In this document: piece by piece, positions 17,523 to 26,746 of the stretch
Layout: every line of letters starts with the position of its first letter
Position numbering within the stretch: the stretch's first letter is position 1
Source of the DNA: a virus
Taxonomy: Duplodnaviria > Heunggongvirae > Uroviricota > Caudoviricetes
Reading direction: 5' to 3' (one strand)
DNA: 64,000 nucleotides
IMG/VR virus record: IMGVR_UViG_3300025858_000011
Made by a program: the position numbers and the translations under genes
Notes under the pieces: model-generated
Databases searched by the model: none
The model's input: the letters and a program-made list of their open reading frames with translations, nothing else
What the model was told of the DNA's origin: nothing

Positions 17523-20268
17523 GATTGTTTCATTATCAAGAAGTCAATTTGCGGAATCATTTTTATGGCTAAATGGTAGAAAATTAAGCCTGGATTATTA
17601 TCCGCATATGAGGCAAATATATGATTCTGAGGCGAGAGAGTCTGTATTAATGTTCTCCCGTCAGTGTGTATTAAACTCACAAAGAATTGATTTATCAGAT
17701 GGTAGCTCAAAATTGGCAGAGGATTTGCAACCGGGAGATGCCATAATAGGTTTTGATGTTGATACGTATAAAAATGTGGTAGATGTAGTAGAAAATGTAT
17801 GGGACAATGGGGTAGCTCCTATTTATCACATTATCACTAGGACCGGAAGAGAAGTATTCGTTACAGATAATCATCCTTTTCGTAAAGTAGATTCTTGGTG
17901 TGAAGCTAAGAATTTACAAGAGGGGGACTTAATTGCAGTATCTAGAGATAATTCTTGCTCGCTACAAACAGAACAAACGGTAGAAAATTGGAAGTACATT
18001 GTTGCTGCGTATTTATTAGCAGAAGGGGCCATCAGTAATAATTCATTGGGATTTACTTCTGGTAATAAAATATTGGTGAGTGAGTTAGAAACTGCTTTAA
18101 AGCAGTTAGATGATAGATTAGTAGTAAAAGCATTACCAGAAAAATATAAGTATCAATACAGATTAAACGGGATTGGTGTTGGAAAGCCTAATCCATTAAA
18201 GACTTGGTTAATAAAAGAAAAGATGTTTGGGAAAACTTCCGCTTACAAAGAACACCCATCTTTTATCTGGAAATTAACTGGGGAACAAATTAAAGATTAT
18301 TTAAGAATTTGGTGGGATACAGACGGGTACTGGAGTTTACATAAGAATGGTACTAACTACATTGGTATTGGATTAATATCATTTCCTCTTGTTAAGGGTA
18401 TTCAAACTTTACTTCTAAAGTTGGGGATACACTCTGTAATAAGAAGTAAATATCAACCTAAGATTTATAATGGGACAGATAAGAAAGTATATGTGTTAAC
18501 TATTGAAGGACAAGATAGTATTAGATGTTTTTATGATAATATTTTAACTTATAAACGCCCAGAGACTTTAGTATTACGGAAAGAGACTCATAACAGATTG
18601 GTTATCGATAAATTTTTTGTAGATAATCTTTTGTCTAGTTTAAAAAATAAAAAGAATCCAATATTATATAGATCCAGCTCAAGTAAGAGTTATGCATTTG
18701 AGAAAATTAAAAGAATTTATAATGAACGAAATATTCCAGAATTAAAAAAAATAATTGATTCAGATATTTATTTTGATAAAGTTATGTCTGTGGAATATAT
18801 TGGTGATTTACCTTCTACGGGGATTGAAATAAAAAATACTCATACTTTTCAGATAGACCATTTAATTTCAAAAAATACTTCGAAAAGTACATCAATTGCT
18901 AATATAATGATCACAAATTCAGCGATGATTCCTGGATATAAATCATTATATGTGTCACCAACTGTAGATCAGACAAAGATTTTTTCTCATGATAGAGTAA
19001 CTCCAGTAATTGAGTCTAGTCCATTTATTAAGAATTATTTTATAAATTCGTCATTAGTGCAAAACGTGTTTATGAAGCAGTTTTTAAATGGAAGTTCATT
19101 ATATTTGCGCTACGCATTACTTACCGCGGATAGACTCCGCGGAATGAGCACTGATCATAATTTATTTGATGAAGTTCAGGATATGCGCTTGGACCTGATT
19201 CCTATTATACAGGAATCAATGTCAAGATCGATGTATAAACGCACTTTATATTCTGGAACTCCAAAGAGAACACAAGGAACATTGGCAAGTTTATGGAAGC
19301 GTTCTAATAAGGGCGAGTATGTAATTAAATGTGTATCATGTAATTTTTGGAATATATTAGGTGAATCAAACATCGGCCCCATCGGACCAATTTGTACTAA
19401 GTGCGGAAGGCATCTTGATATAAAAATTGGACAGTGGGTATCTACATACTCACTATCACAAGAACCTGATCTTCAAGGTTATCGTGTGTGCCTATTGCAT
19501 TTTTCTGGAGCCCCATGGGTAGATTGGAAGCGGGATGTATTAGAAAAACAAAAACACTTTAGTCGTGCTTATTTTGCAAATGAAGTCCTGGCCCTAGAGC
19601 ACGATGAGGGAGCGTCTCCAGTAACGATGGATGATATTCGTGCCTGTTGCGACCCAAATCTTGTAATGACTGAAGAACCCTCAGCACTTGATAGATCCTA
19701 TACAAATGTAATGGGCATCGACTACGGCCCAGTAAACTCGGAGAATTCTTATACAGTACTTGTGTGTTTGCAACTTCGTGGAGACGTAGTTCACGTTGTT
19801 TATGCTAAACGATTTATGGGGAAAGAGGCAGATTTTTCTTTTATTCATAAGGAAGTTCCTAGATTGATGGATAAATGGAATTGCTCACAACTTGCCGCAG
19901 ATTATGGCATGGGAGAGGCTTCTAATTCTGAAATTAGATCCAAGATAGGATTTCAAAAAGTAATTGCTTTTCAACATCTGCATGCGCAGAAAGAGAAAGT
20001 AAAATGGAATCCAAAGATGCCCGCGTACACTCTTAATAGAAATCAAATACTAGGAGAATTTTTTACACGAGTAAAAAAGAAAAAGATTCTTTTTCCTCGG
20101 TTTGAGGATTTTGAAACATTTGGCGTAGATATGATGAATGTTCAAATGAAATTTGATGAAGAAAGAAACAGCATGTCATATATAAACATCGGGGCCGATG
20201 ATTTTGTGCATGCGACTACTTATGCATTAACTGCACTAGAATTATTTCATGGAATAGGCGGAATTTAA
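17515..20268 (+). CDS. terL: Terminase large subunit (intein-containing)
   Basis: Spliced Walker A FSRQ|TSKST; Walker B LFDEVQD; SGTPK; CxxC..CxxC zinc finger; RuvC-like GIDYG and DDFVHA. Confidence 0.88.
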   Translation: MSKIVSLSRSQFAESFLWLNGRKLSLDYYPHMRQIYDSEARESVLMFSRQCVLNSQRIDLSDGSSKLAEDLQPGDAIIGFDVDTYKNVVDVVENVWDNGVAPIYHIITRTGREVFVTDNHPFRKVDSWCEAKNLQEGDLIAVSRDNSCSLQTEQTVENWKYIVAAYLLAEGAISNNSLGFTSGNKILVSELETALKQLDDRLVVKALPEKYKYQYRLNGIGVGKPNPLKTWLIKEKMFGKTSAYKEHPSFIWKLTGEQIKDYLRIWWDTDGYWSLHKNGTNYIGIGLISFPLVKGIQTLLLKLGIHSVIRSKYQPKIYNGTDKKVYVLTIEGQDSIRCFYDNILTYKRPETLVLRKETHNRLVIDKFFVDNLLSSLKNKKNPILYRSSSSKSYAFEKIKRIYNERNIPELKKIIDSDIYFDKVMSVEYIGDLPSTGIEIKNTHTFQIDHLISKNTSKSTSIANIMITNSAMIPGYKSLYVSPTVDQTKIFSHDRVTPVIESSPFIKNYFINSSLVQNVFMKQFLNGSSLYLRYALLTADRLRGMSTDHNLFDEVQDMRLDLIPIIQESMSRSMYKRTLYSGTPKRTQGTLASLWKRSNKGEYVIKCVSCNFWNILGESNIGPIGPICTKCGRHLDIKIGQWVSTYSLSQEPDLQGYRVCLLHFSGAPWVDWKRDVLEKQKHFSRAYFANEVLALEHDEGASPVTMDDIRACCDPNLVMTEEPSALDRSYTNVMGIDYGPVNSENSYTVLVCLQLRGDVVHVVYAKRFMGKEADFSFIHKEVPRLMDKWNCSQLAADYGMGEASNSEIRSKIGFQKVIAFQHLHAQKEKVKWNPKMPAYTLNRNQILGEFFTRVKKKKILFPRFEDFETFGVDMMNVQMKFDEERNSMSYINIGADDFVHATTYALTALELFHGIGGI
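17665..18876 (+). mobile_element. Intein with LAGLIDADG endonuclease in TerL (404 aa)
   Basis: Starts CVLNSQRI; TDNHPF block B; AAYLLAEG and IWWDTDG blocks; ends ISKN; +1 residue Thr. Confidence 0.9.
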
Positions 20269-20276
20269 AAAAACCC

Positions 20277-20305
20277 TTGACAAGTATAACAATATAAGCT
20301 AAATT
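20277..20305 (+). promoter_or_regulatory. sigma70-type promoter TTGACA-N17-TAAATT; probably yields a leaderless mRNA
   Basis: ATG of the 20311 gene lies 5 nt after the -10 box and has no SD. Confidence 0.6.
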
Positions 20306-20310
20306 AAATT

Positions 20311-21552
20311 ATGGCTAATAATCTTGATTTAGATGTTTTAGGAAAAAATATTTCTGATGAATTTGTACGAAATGGTATTCCCATGACTACATCTCTTACT
20401 AAAGTTGCCAGTGAAAACGGACTTAATAAACATCAGATTTCTAGAGTTGCAGAGGTTGCTAATGTGGAGGCATACTTAACATTGATTAAAACCGCTTCTA
20501 ATAAATACATCGAATTTCCGGTTGCTGATCCACTTGCCGTATCGGCAGAGTTATCAAAAACTGCCGATGCTTACGATACATCGGATTATGAAAAATGTCC
20601 AGAGTCAAGTACTAGCGCTGAATCTTTATTTGCTGCGTATGAGGAGTTAAATAAAACTGCTTCAATTTGGTCCAGTCCAATAGTGCATGATGGAACTACA
20701 TATCAGATTAAATTGACTAATGAGGCATTGGACATCGCATTAGAGAAGGTAGCAACCAATGTAAAGATTCAGAAATTAAAAGAACTTTCTTTAATTAAAG
20801 AAGCCGACGGTAGAGCATCTTTTAATTATAAAGGTAAAAATTGGAATTTAGTTATAAATGATAAAACAGTAGAGATACTAAAGAGTGCATCATTTACTGA
20901 CTCAAAGTTTAAAAAATTAGCAAGTCTTGGACTTGTGATTGACTCTCACGATTACATCCCCACGCAAGAATCAGACTTTCGTAAAGTAGCCCAGGTACGC
21001 GAAGGAGAAATCAAAAATCTTAGAAATAATTTACAAGAACAATCAAGTGCTCTTTTGGGGGACATCGGGGATTTATATTATTTCGTTAAACAGGCAAGTT
21101 TATCAGGAGAACTTCCTAAAAACGTAGTTGGAATTATCAAGGTTGCATCAGCAAATGTCTATGACCTGGTAGCAGAACCTGTTTTATCTAAGTTACAAAG
21201 TGAAGCACCACATTTAGATTATGATTCTTCTTCCGAAAAATTAGTAAATTCAGAATCAGAACTTTTCAAACTTGCTAGAAAAATTGAATCCAAAGTAGAA
21301 ACTATTGAAACAATAAAAAATAACCTTGGCGATCTTGAGAGAAAGTATGCAGAATTTACAAAATTAAAAAGACTACCTGATATGATCACCAAGACAGCGA
21401 TGTCTCAAATTAGTGCTACTCCGGTAGTAGCCGCATTTGTGGCCGGGGGGTTAATGGGACATTACGTTGGAAAAAATAAAGGAAAGTATGAACAAGGTCA
21501 GGTCTTACAAAAGGCGTTATTAAAAAATAATGTAGATAAACTAGGAGTGTAA
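20311..21552 (+). CDS. KxA-motif-rich putative head/internal protein
   Basis: About 11 K-x-A motifs (TKVAS, IKTAS, SKTAD, NKTAS, EKVAT...); hydrophobic Gly-rich C-terminus; lies in the head module. Confidence 0.55.
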   Translation: MANNLDLDVLGKNISDEFVRNGIPMTTSLTKVASENGLNKHQISRVAEVANVEAYLTLIKTASNKYIEFPVADPLAVSAELSKTADAYDTSDYEKCPESSTSAESLFAAYEELNKTASIWSSPIVHDGTTYQIKLTNEALDIALEKVATNVKIQKLKELSLIKEADGRASFNYKGKNWNLVINDKTVEILKSASFTDSKFKKLASLGLVIDSHDYIPTQESDFRKVAQVREGEIKNLRNNLQEQSSALLGDIGDLYYFVKQASLSGELPKNVVGIIKVASANVYDLVAEPVLSKLQSEAPHLDYDSSSEKLVNSESELFKLARKIESKVETIETIKNNLGDLERKYAEFTKLKRLPDMITKTAMSQISATPVVAAFVAGGLMGHYVGKNKGKYEQGQVLQKALLKNNVDKLGV

Positions 21553-21554
21553 TA

Positions 21555-22223
21555 ATGAAATATATTTACAAATATGCAGCTAATGGATATCGGGAACTTG
21601 GCGATCTGGCAACATCAGCTTCAGGTGGAGGACTTAAGACAATGTTTAAGGAAATGTCTCCTGCTGCAAAAATTACATTGTTTTCTGCGCTAGTTGCCCC
21701 CTTTGCGGCACAAGCAGCAAATTCTTTTGTTGAGGGAGTAAGGAACTATCTTACTAGAAAATCAATTGCAGCAAAGGATCCAATATATTATCAGAGAATG
21801 CTAAAGGCACATCCACAGTTAGTGGAGGCTGACCCCGAGCAAGTTGCTGCTATTTGGTCATCATTATATTATCATGCTCCAAATTTAGCGGAAGACCCAA
21901 TTGCGGCTGGTGCATTTGTTCGTCAAATTTTACAAAAAGGACTAATGGATGACTATGGTGGTCCGTCAGTTGATACTTATGGAACACTAACTCAAATTGA
22001 TGAACGGCTGTCCAGACATCCTGGAAGAATGAAGCAAGACAATAAAGAGAATGTGCAGCATAATACACAACTTCTTTCATCAATTTTTGCAAAACGCGTT
22101 ATGGATCCCAATATCCAAGAAATAATGAATAATCCAGAATTACAAGGCAATGTTTCGGAATCAAAAAAGATAGTCTTGGATTATTTAAAACACCATGGTA
22201 TGTTGCAAAGTTGGTTAAAGTAA
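21555..22223 (+). CDS. Putative head/internal protein
   Basis: IYKYAA at the N-terminus, followed by a hydrophobic helix; lies between TerL and the protease. Confidence 0.5.
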   Translation: MKYIYKYAANGYRELGDLATSASGGGLKTMFKEMSPAAKITLFSALVAPFAAQAANSFVEGVRNYLTRKSIAAKDPIYYQRMLKAHPQLVEADPEQVAAIWSSLYYHAPNLAEDPIAAGAFVRQILQKGLMDDYGGPSVDTYGTLTQIDERLSRHPGRMKQDNKENVQHNTQLLSSIFAKRVMDPNIQEIMNNPELQGNVSESKKIVLDYLKHHGMLQSWLK

Positions 22224-22226
22224 GAA

Positions 22227-25100
22227 TTGATAAAGTATATCGATTACATATATGGTGATTCAAGTTCTTCCGTATTGGAATTAGTTCATCCTGGGGCTCT
22301 TATAAAGACTGCAGAATATTCTTCAGAAATTGTGGAGTTTATTAAACGATTACTTCCTAAGGATGGGGTAACCTATGCTTTAATGAATGCCCTATCAGCA
22401 GGAGAATATTATGGATCTAATCGTAATGGGGATTATTTTCCAGAAGATGCTTTAATTAAGCACCATCATACATTTCAGGAAATGGGCCATGTTTATGAAC
22501 ATCATGTAAATAAGGACCCGGCTCGAGCATATGGAACCGTGCCCTTTTCATTTTATAATCCATCGATGCATCGCGTGGAACTTATTGTTGAAATTGAAAA
22601 TAATAAAGCTAGACCCATCATTGATAGATTAGAGAAGGGAGAGTTACCAGCTGTTAGCATGGGCACCAGGGTTCCTTATGATGTCTGTTTATCCACTGAA
22701 ACATTATTATATAATGAAAATGGATTGGGCACTCTTGCAGAAATAGAAGTAGGAGACAAAGTTTTTACTCATATGGGAACTTTAGAAACTGTTGAAGCCA
22801 CTAGTGAAAGAGTACTAAGTTCTTATATTAAAATTTCTATATTTGGTGATTATTATAAGTTATCAGGTAGTCATGAACATCCTATGCAAATTGTTAGAAA
22901 AGAACAATTCGTTGAAGGTACTAAAAATGTTATTAGAAGATCATCTTTAAAAGACGAACCATTATTAGAATGGGTAAAATTAGATTCTTTAAGAGTTGGG
23001 GATTACTTAGTTTTTAAAAAAACTATAGAATCCGGAAACGACATTAGTACTGCAATGGCGCGAATTTTAGGATATTATTTATCAGAAGGATTTATAATTA
23101 AACAAGGGACTAGAAGAGACAAGAAAGGACCAATAAAAAATATGGGTGTAGGGTTCTCTTTTAATATTAATGAGAAAGAGACCTTTGTAAAGGATTTAAC
23201 TAATTGTCTTGATGAGGAAGAGTTTTCATATAAATTATATGAAAATATTGAAAAACATGAATTAAGGGTATCAGTTTATTCTAAAGAATTAGCTAGCATT
23301 TTGTTAGAACTTGGTCAAGAATATTCTAAAACAAAGTCAATTCATCCTAAAATATTTTCAATGAGTAACGATATAAAATTTCATGTTCTTGGAAGTGCTA
23401 TTAATGGAGATGGCTCTCAAAATCACAACTCTCATTGTGGTACAATAAGATATAATTCTGTATCAGAGTCATTGGCTAGGGGTATCAGGCGACTTTGTTT
23501 TGAATTAGGAATACCAGCTTCTATTAATAAAAGAAAACAAAAGACTTCTTTTGGTGAACCAGTAATGTACACAGTACATATACCAAGCAGTAGTTCCGAG
23601 TTGTTATCAGAATATTCTGAGAAAATTATTACTTATAATACTAGAGGCGGCTCAAGAATCTTTGCTTTTGCAGATTTTATGTTAATACCTATAACAGGTG
23701 TAAAAGAAATTGATGACTTTTTACTTGTAAAAAATTTACAAGTAAAAAATGATGAATCTTATCAAGTTTTAGATTATGTATCTCATAATTGTTCCATCTG
23801 CGGGCATAAAGCAAAGACCCGGGCGGAGTATTGCGATCATTTGCTTAATAGTATGAATCGGATATTAGCAGATGGAAAGAAGGTTTATGCAATAAATCTT
23901 GAACCAAAATTTTTTGATATAAGTTTTGTCACAATCCCTGCAGACAGAACTGCAGGAGTAATCAGTAGAATTTTATTGGAATCAAATAAAAAAGCAAATT
24001 ATACATGTGATACAGTTCCAATGGAAAAACTATTAGAGAAAACAGCTGCCTGGGAGTCAGTGGCATCAATTGATAAGGAAGTCACTGGAAAGATTGAGGC
24101 AGTTTCTGAAGATCCTAAGAAGTTAATAATTTCATCTCAGAAGAGATTATCTCAGGAACAAATTGAAAAACTTTCTGAGTATCCGATTGAGGGTGTATTA
24201 TCAACTTTATCTGCACTACGGATTATGCCGATGCGGGATGATTTTCAAAAATTGGCTTTATATAGCTTAGGTTATAAAAAAGAAGCTGATGAACTAGAAA
24301 AATTGGGATATGTTTTTAGTATAAATGGCGATGAACCAGAAGTTGAACTAAAAAATATATCCATTGAAAACTATAATGAAAAAATTGCTGGGATATTAGG
24401 AGATGATATACTTTATATGGCAAATACTAAGCCATTAATTATATCAAGAATTCTAGTTAAAGAGGCAATGTATAATGAAGGTCAACAAAACTCATATGTA
24501 AATCCGGCCAGATTATACACAGGAAAAACAATAGAGCCACCCCTATTACAAAAGATTTTAGTTGGACAAAAAGAAGAACCGGTTATGAGTCCGGTCAGGA
24601 ATCCTGCTTTGGCATTAGGAGCCTTAGGCGCGTTATATGTTGGTACTGTAAAATATCAAAATAAACCTAATATGGGCCAATTTAAATCTCTTATATTAAA
24701 GTATCCGTGGATAGCACCTATATTTTTAGCTACAGTTGGTGGAATACTTTCAACAAATGCACAAGAGGCACATTACAAAAATAGTCCTCTATTTGCAGAA
24801 CAATTTTCCAAAACAGCATCAGCACTTGATAAGTACCTAAGAAATATTATAATTGCTGTTCCACCGAGTTATTATTTTTCATATAAAGCGGAAGAAAAAG
24901 CTCGGCGTGGTGTACCAATTACAGGAGTGGAGAACTTTATAAGAAAGCATCCATTACTTGTTGGAGTTGCAGGTGGCCTCGGTGCTACAAAGTTATTAGG
25001 TAAGATTACACCACAATTAACAAAGGTCTCTTCTGTGGTAGCAAGATTAGACAATGAAAGCTTGGATGTATTATTTAATGAATTAACCAAGGAGGATTAA
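22227..25100 (+). CDS. Prohead (capsid maturation) protease with intein and long C-terminal extension
   Basis: HVYEHH, AVSMG (candidate catalytic Ser), spliced VPYDV|CSICG..YCDHL, FFDISFVTIPAD (HK97/assemblin-like); upstream of scaffolds and MCP. Confidence 0.75.
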   Translation: MIKYIDYIYGDSSSSVLELVHPGALIKTAEYSSEIVEFIKRLLPKDGVTYALMNALSAGEYYGSNRNGDYFPEDALIKHHHTFQEMGHVYEHHVNKDPARAYGTVPFSFYNPSMHRVELIVEIENNKARPIIDRLEKGELPAVSMGTRVPYDVCLSTETLLYNENGLGTLAEIEVGDKVFTHMGTLETVEATSERVLSSYIKISIFGDYYKLSGSHEHPMQIVRKEQFVEGTKNVIRRSSLKDEPLLEWVKLDSLRVGDYLVFKKTIESGNDISTAMARILGYYLSEGFIIKQGTRRDKKGPIKNMGVGFSFNINEKETFVKDLTNCLDEEEFSYKLYENIEKHELRVSVYSKELASILLELGQEYSKTKSIHPKIFSMSNDIKFHVLGSAINGDGSQNHNSHCGTIRYNSVSESLARGIRRLCFELGIPASINKRKQKTSFGEPVMYTVHIPSSSSELLSEYSEKIITYNTRGGSRIFAFADFMLIPITGVKEIDDFLLVKNLQVKNDESYQVLDYVSHNCSICGHKAKTRAEYCDHLLNSMNRILADGKKVYAINLEPKFFDISFVTIPADRTAGVISRILLESNKKANYTCDTVPMEKLLEKTAAWESVASIDKEVTGKIEAVSEDPKKLIISSQKRLSQEQIEKLSEYPIEGVLSTLSALRIMPMRDDFQKLALYSLGYKKEADELEKLGYVFSINGDEPEVELKNISIENYNEKIAGILGDDILYMANTKPLIISRILVKEAMYNEGQQNSYVNPARLYTGKTIEPPLLQKILVGQKEEPVMSPVRNPALALGALGALYVGTVKYQNKPNMGQFKSLILKYPWIAPIFLATVGGILSTNAQEAHYKNSPLFAEQFSKTASALDKYLRNIIIAVPPSYYFSYKAEEKARRGVPITGVENFIRKHPLLVGVAGGLGATKLLGKITPQLTKVSSVVARLDNESLDVLFNELTKED
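22686..23789 (+). mobile_element. Intein with LAGLIDADG endonuclease in the prohead protease (368 aa)
   Basis: Starts CLSTETLL; SHEHPM block B; ILGYYLSEG and LGSAINGDG blocks; ends VSHN; +1 residue Cys. Confidence 0.92.
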
Positions 25101-25105
25101 GAAAA

Positions 25106-25639
25106 ATGGGACTAAGTGTAGACCAAATTTTGGCTTCTTTAGAAAGTGAAAAGACAGCTGAAGATATTTTTGCAACTAGTTTAGTTGCGGAATCGGCTGA
25201 AAAGACTGCTCAAGAAGAACCAGAAGAAGTACCAGAGGTCGAGACTGAGGAAACTCCAGAAGAGGATCCTACAGAAGAGACTGAAGTAGAAGAACCAGAA
25301 GCGGAAGAAGCGGAAGAAATAGAAGAACCAGAAGAAAAAGAAGCCGCAGCAAAATGTGCTCCAGCACCAAAAAAGAAGGTCGCTGTAGAAAAGAAAGCTG
25401 AAGAGGAAGTAACGGAAAAAGTGGCAGAATCTGACGATTTTCAAAAATTAGCTGAGGATCTGGATGCTCAAGGTAGAATTATGGCTCATGGTTTCTTCGA
25501 TGAACTTGTAAAACTTTCAGAAATTGAAGTACCTGAGGTTGCTGAGCAAGAAGAAAAAACTGCTGAGGTTGAAGCAGAAGATGAGGGAACTAAAATTTTA
25601 ATGAATTTGTATAATCGTTATCATGGAGGTAACAACTAA
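25106..25639 (+). CDS. Acidic scaffold-like protein with KxAE repeats
   Basis: Very Glu-rich; EKTAE, EKTAQ, EKEAA, EKVAE; GGAGG RBS. Confidence 0.65.
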   Translation: MGLSVDQILASLESEKTAEDIFATSLVAESAEKTAQEEPEEVPEVETEETPEEDPTEETEVEEPEAEEAEEIEEPEEKEAAAKCAPAPKKKVAVEKKAEEEVTEKVAESDDFQKLAEDLDAQGRIMAHGFFDELVKLSEIEVPEVAEQEEKTAEVEAEDEGTKILMNLYNRYHGGNN

Positions 25640-25641
25640 TA

Positions 25642-25929
25642 ATGGAAAAATTAATTGACGTTTACGGCGAATTGGTAAAAGAAGCCGAAGTAAAAGTAGC
25701 TGAAGAAAAAGTAGCAGAACTTGCAAAGTATGCAGAAGCCGCTGATACTCTATTAGCTGCAGAATACGGTGATGATTATAATGCAGAAGATGTAGAAAAG
25801 TTGGCATCTATGATGTACGAGCATGATATGGGCATCGTTCCGCAAGAAACAGAAAAAGTAGCTGAGTTACAGGAAGCCGGCCGTATCATGGCAAGAGCTT
25901 TCATCGAAGAACTACAAGCAGCTCAATAA
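25642..25929 (+). CDS. Acidic scaffold-like protein, partly paralogous to 25106
   Basis: Shares GRIMAxxFxxEL and KVAE repeats. Confidence 0.6.
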   Translation: MEKLIDVYGELVKEAEVKVAEEKVAELAKYAEAADTLLAAEYGDDYNAEDVEKLASMMYEHDMGIVPQETEKVAELQEAGRIMARAFIEELQAAQ

Positions 25930-25945
25930 TTTTTAGGAGTAATCA

Positions 25946-26269
25946 ATGAGTTCCGAGTTAAGAAAAGAAGCAGCAGCTGTTATACGTTCTCTTAAAGAAG
26001 AGAACATGCAGCTTAAGGAGGATTATAATAGAATAAAAGTTGCTACTGATTTGACATTTAAGATGTATAAGTCTGGCAATGTATCTGCGGAAAACTTGGA
26101 ATCTTTATTAGATAGTTTGCTTGGAAAGACAAATCAGGAATTGGAGGTTTTTGAAAAAGCGGCAGAACTTCATATTACATCCGATGTTTTACGTTTTGGA
26201 AGAATTAGTGACCGTCCTGATCTAGATGGGTTAGACCCCATCACCCGCCTCTTATTAGAGGATTATTAA
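25946..26269 (+). CDS. Head assembly/scaffold-like coiled-coil protein
   Basis: LRKEAA, IKVAT, EKAAE; lies in the head module. Confidence 0.55.
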   Translation: MSSELRKEAAAVIRSLKEENMQLKEDYNRIKVATDLTFKMYKSGNVSAENLESLLDSLLGKTNQELEVFEKAAELHITSDVLRFGRISDRPDLDGLDPITRLLLEDY

Positions 26270-26293
26270 CAATTAACTGGAGGAAAAGCGTAA

Positions 26294-26731
26294 ATGCTTA
26301 GAATTCTTACTAATCTGAATCTGCTTAACCGTCAAGATTTTCTGGCGACAGCCGGTTTGATCGCGTCAGGATACACCGGAACATGGGTATCAAAGATTGC
26401 AGCTGACTATATCGATCTTCCCGGAACCGCAGGCGATTCCTGCATAGGAACCGTTTGGACAGAATCAAATCGTGATGGTACTGTAGGTTGGACTCCTGAT
26501 GTATCTGATACCGGTAAACTGACTGTAGTTTTCGGTAGATTTAGAGCCCTTACAGATCAATTCACTGCTACTCCCGCCATCGGTGAAGCATTGAAAGTTG
26601 GAACAGATGGAAAATTAGCAACCGCCACTCTTGGTGGTACTGACAGAGTCGTTGGCTATTGCACAAAGGCAAGTCATACTATCGAGCATCTTGGTAGAAA
26701 TCACACAGTTATTGAATACGTAACTGCATAA
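26294..26731 (+). CDS. Capsid decoration/cement protein
   Basis: Directly upstream of the MCP; beta-rich with IGEALKVGTDGKL..VVGYC. Confidence 0.65.
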   Translation: MLRILTNLNLLNRQDFLATAGLIASGYTGTWVSKIAADYIDLPGTAGDSCIGTVWTESNRDGTVGWTPDVSDTGKLTVVFGRFRALTDQFTATPAIGEALKVGTDGKLATATLGGTDRVVGYCTKASHTIEHLGRNHTVIEYVTA

Positions 26732-26746
26732 CGGAGGAGTATATTA

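Noticed and set aside
25181-25444. Antisense Phe-rich ORF and GAA-rich repeats as a CRISPR or repeat array
   Set aside because: This is the mirror of the Glu-rich scaffold codons; there are no constant-length repeats with spacers.
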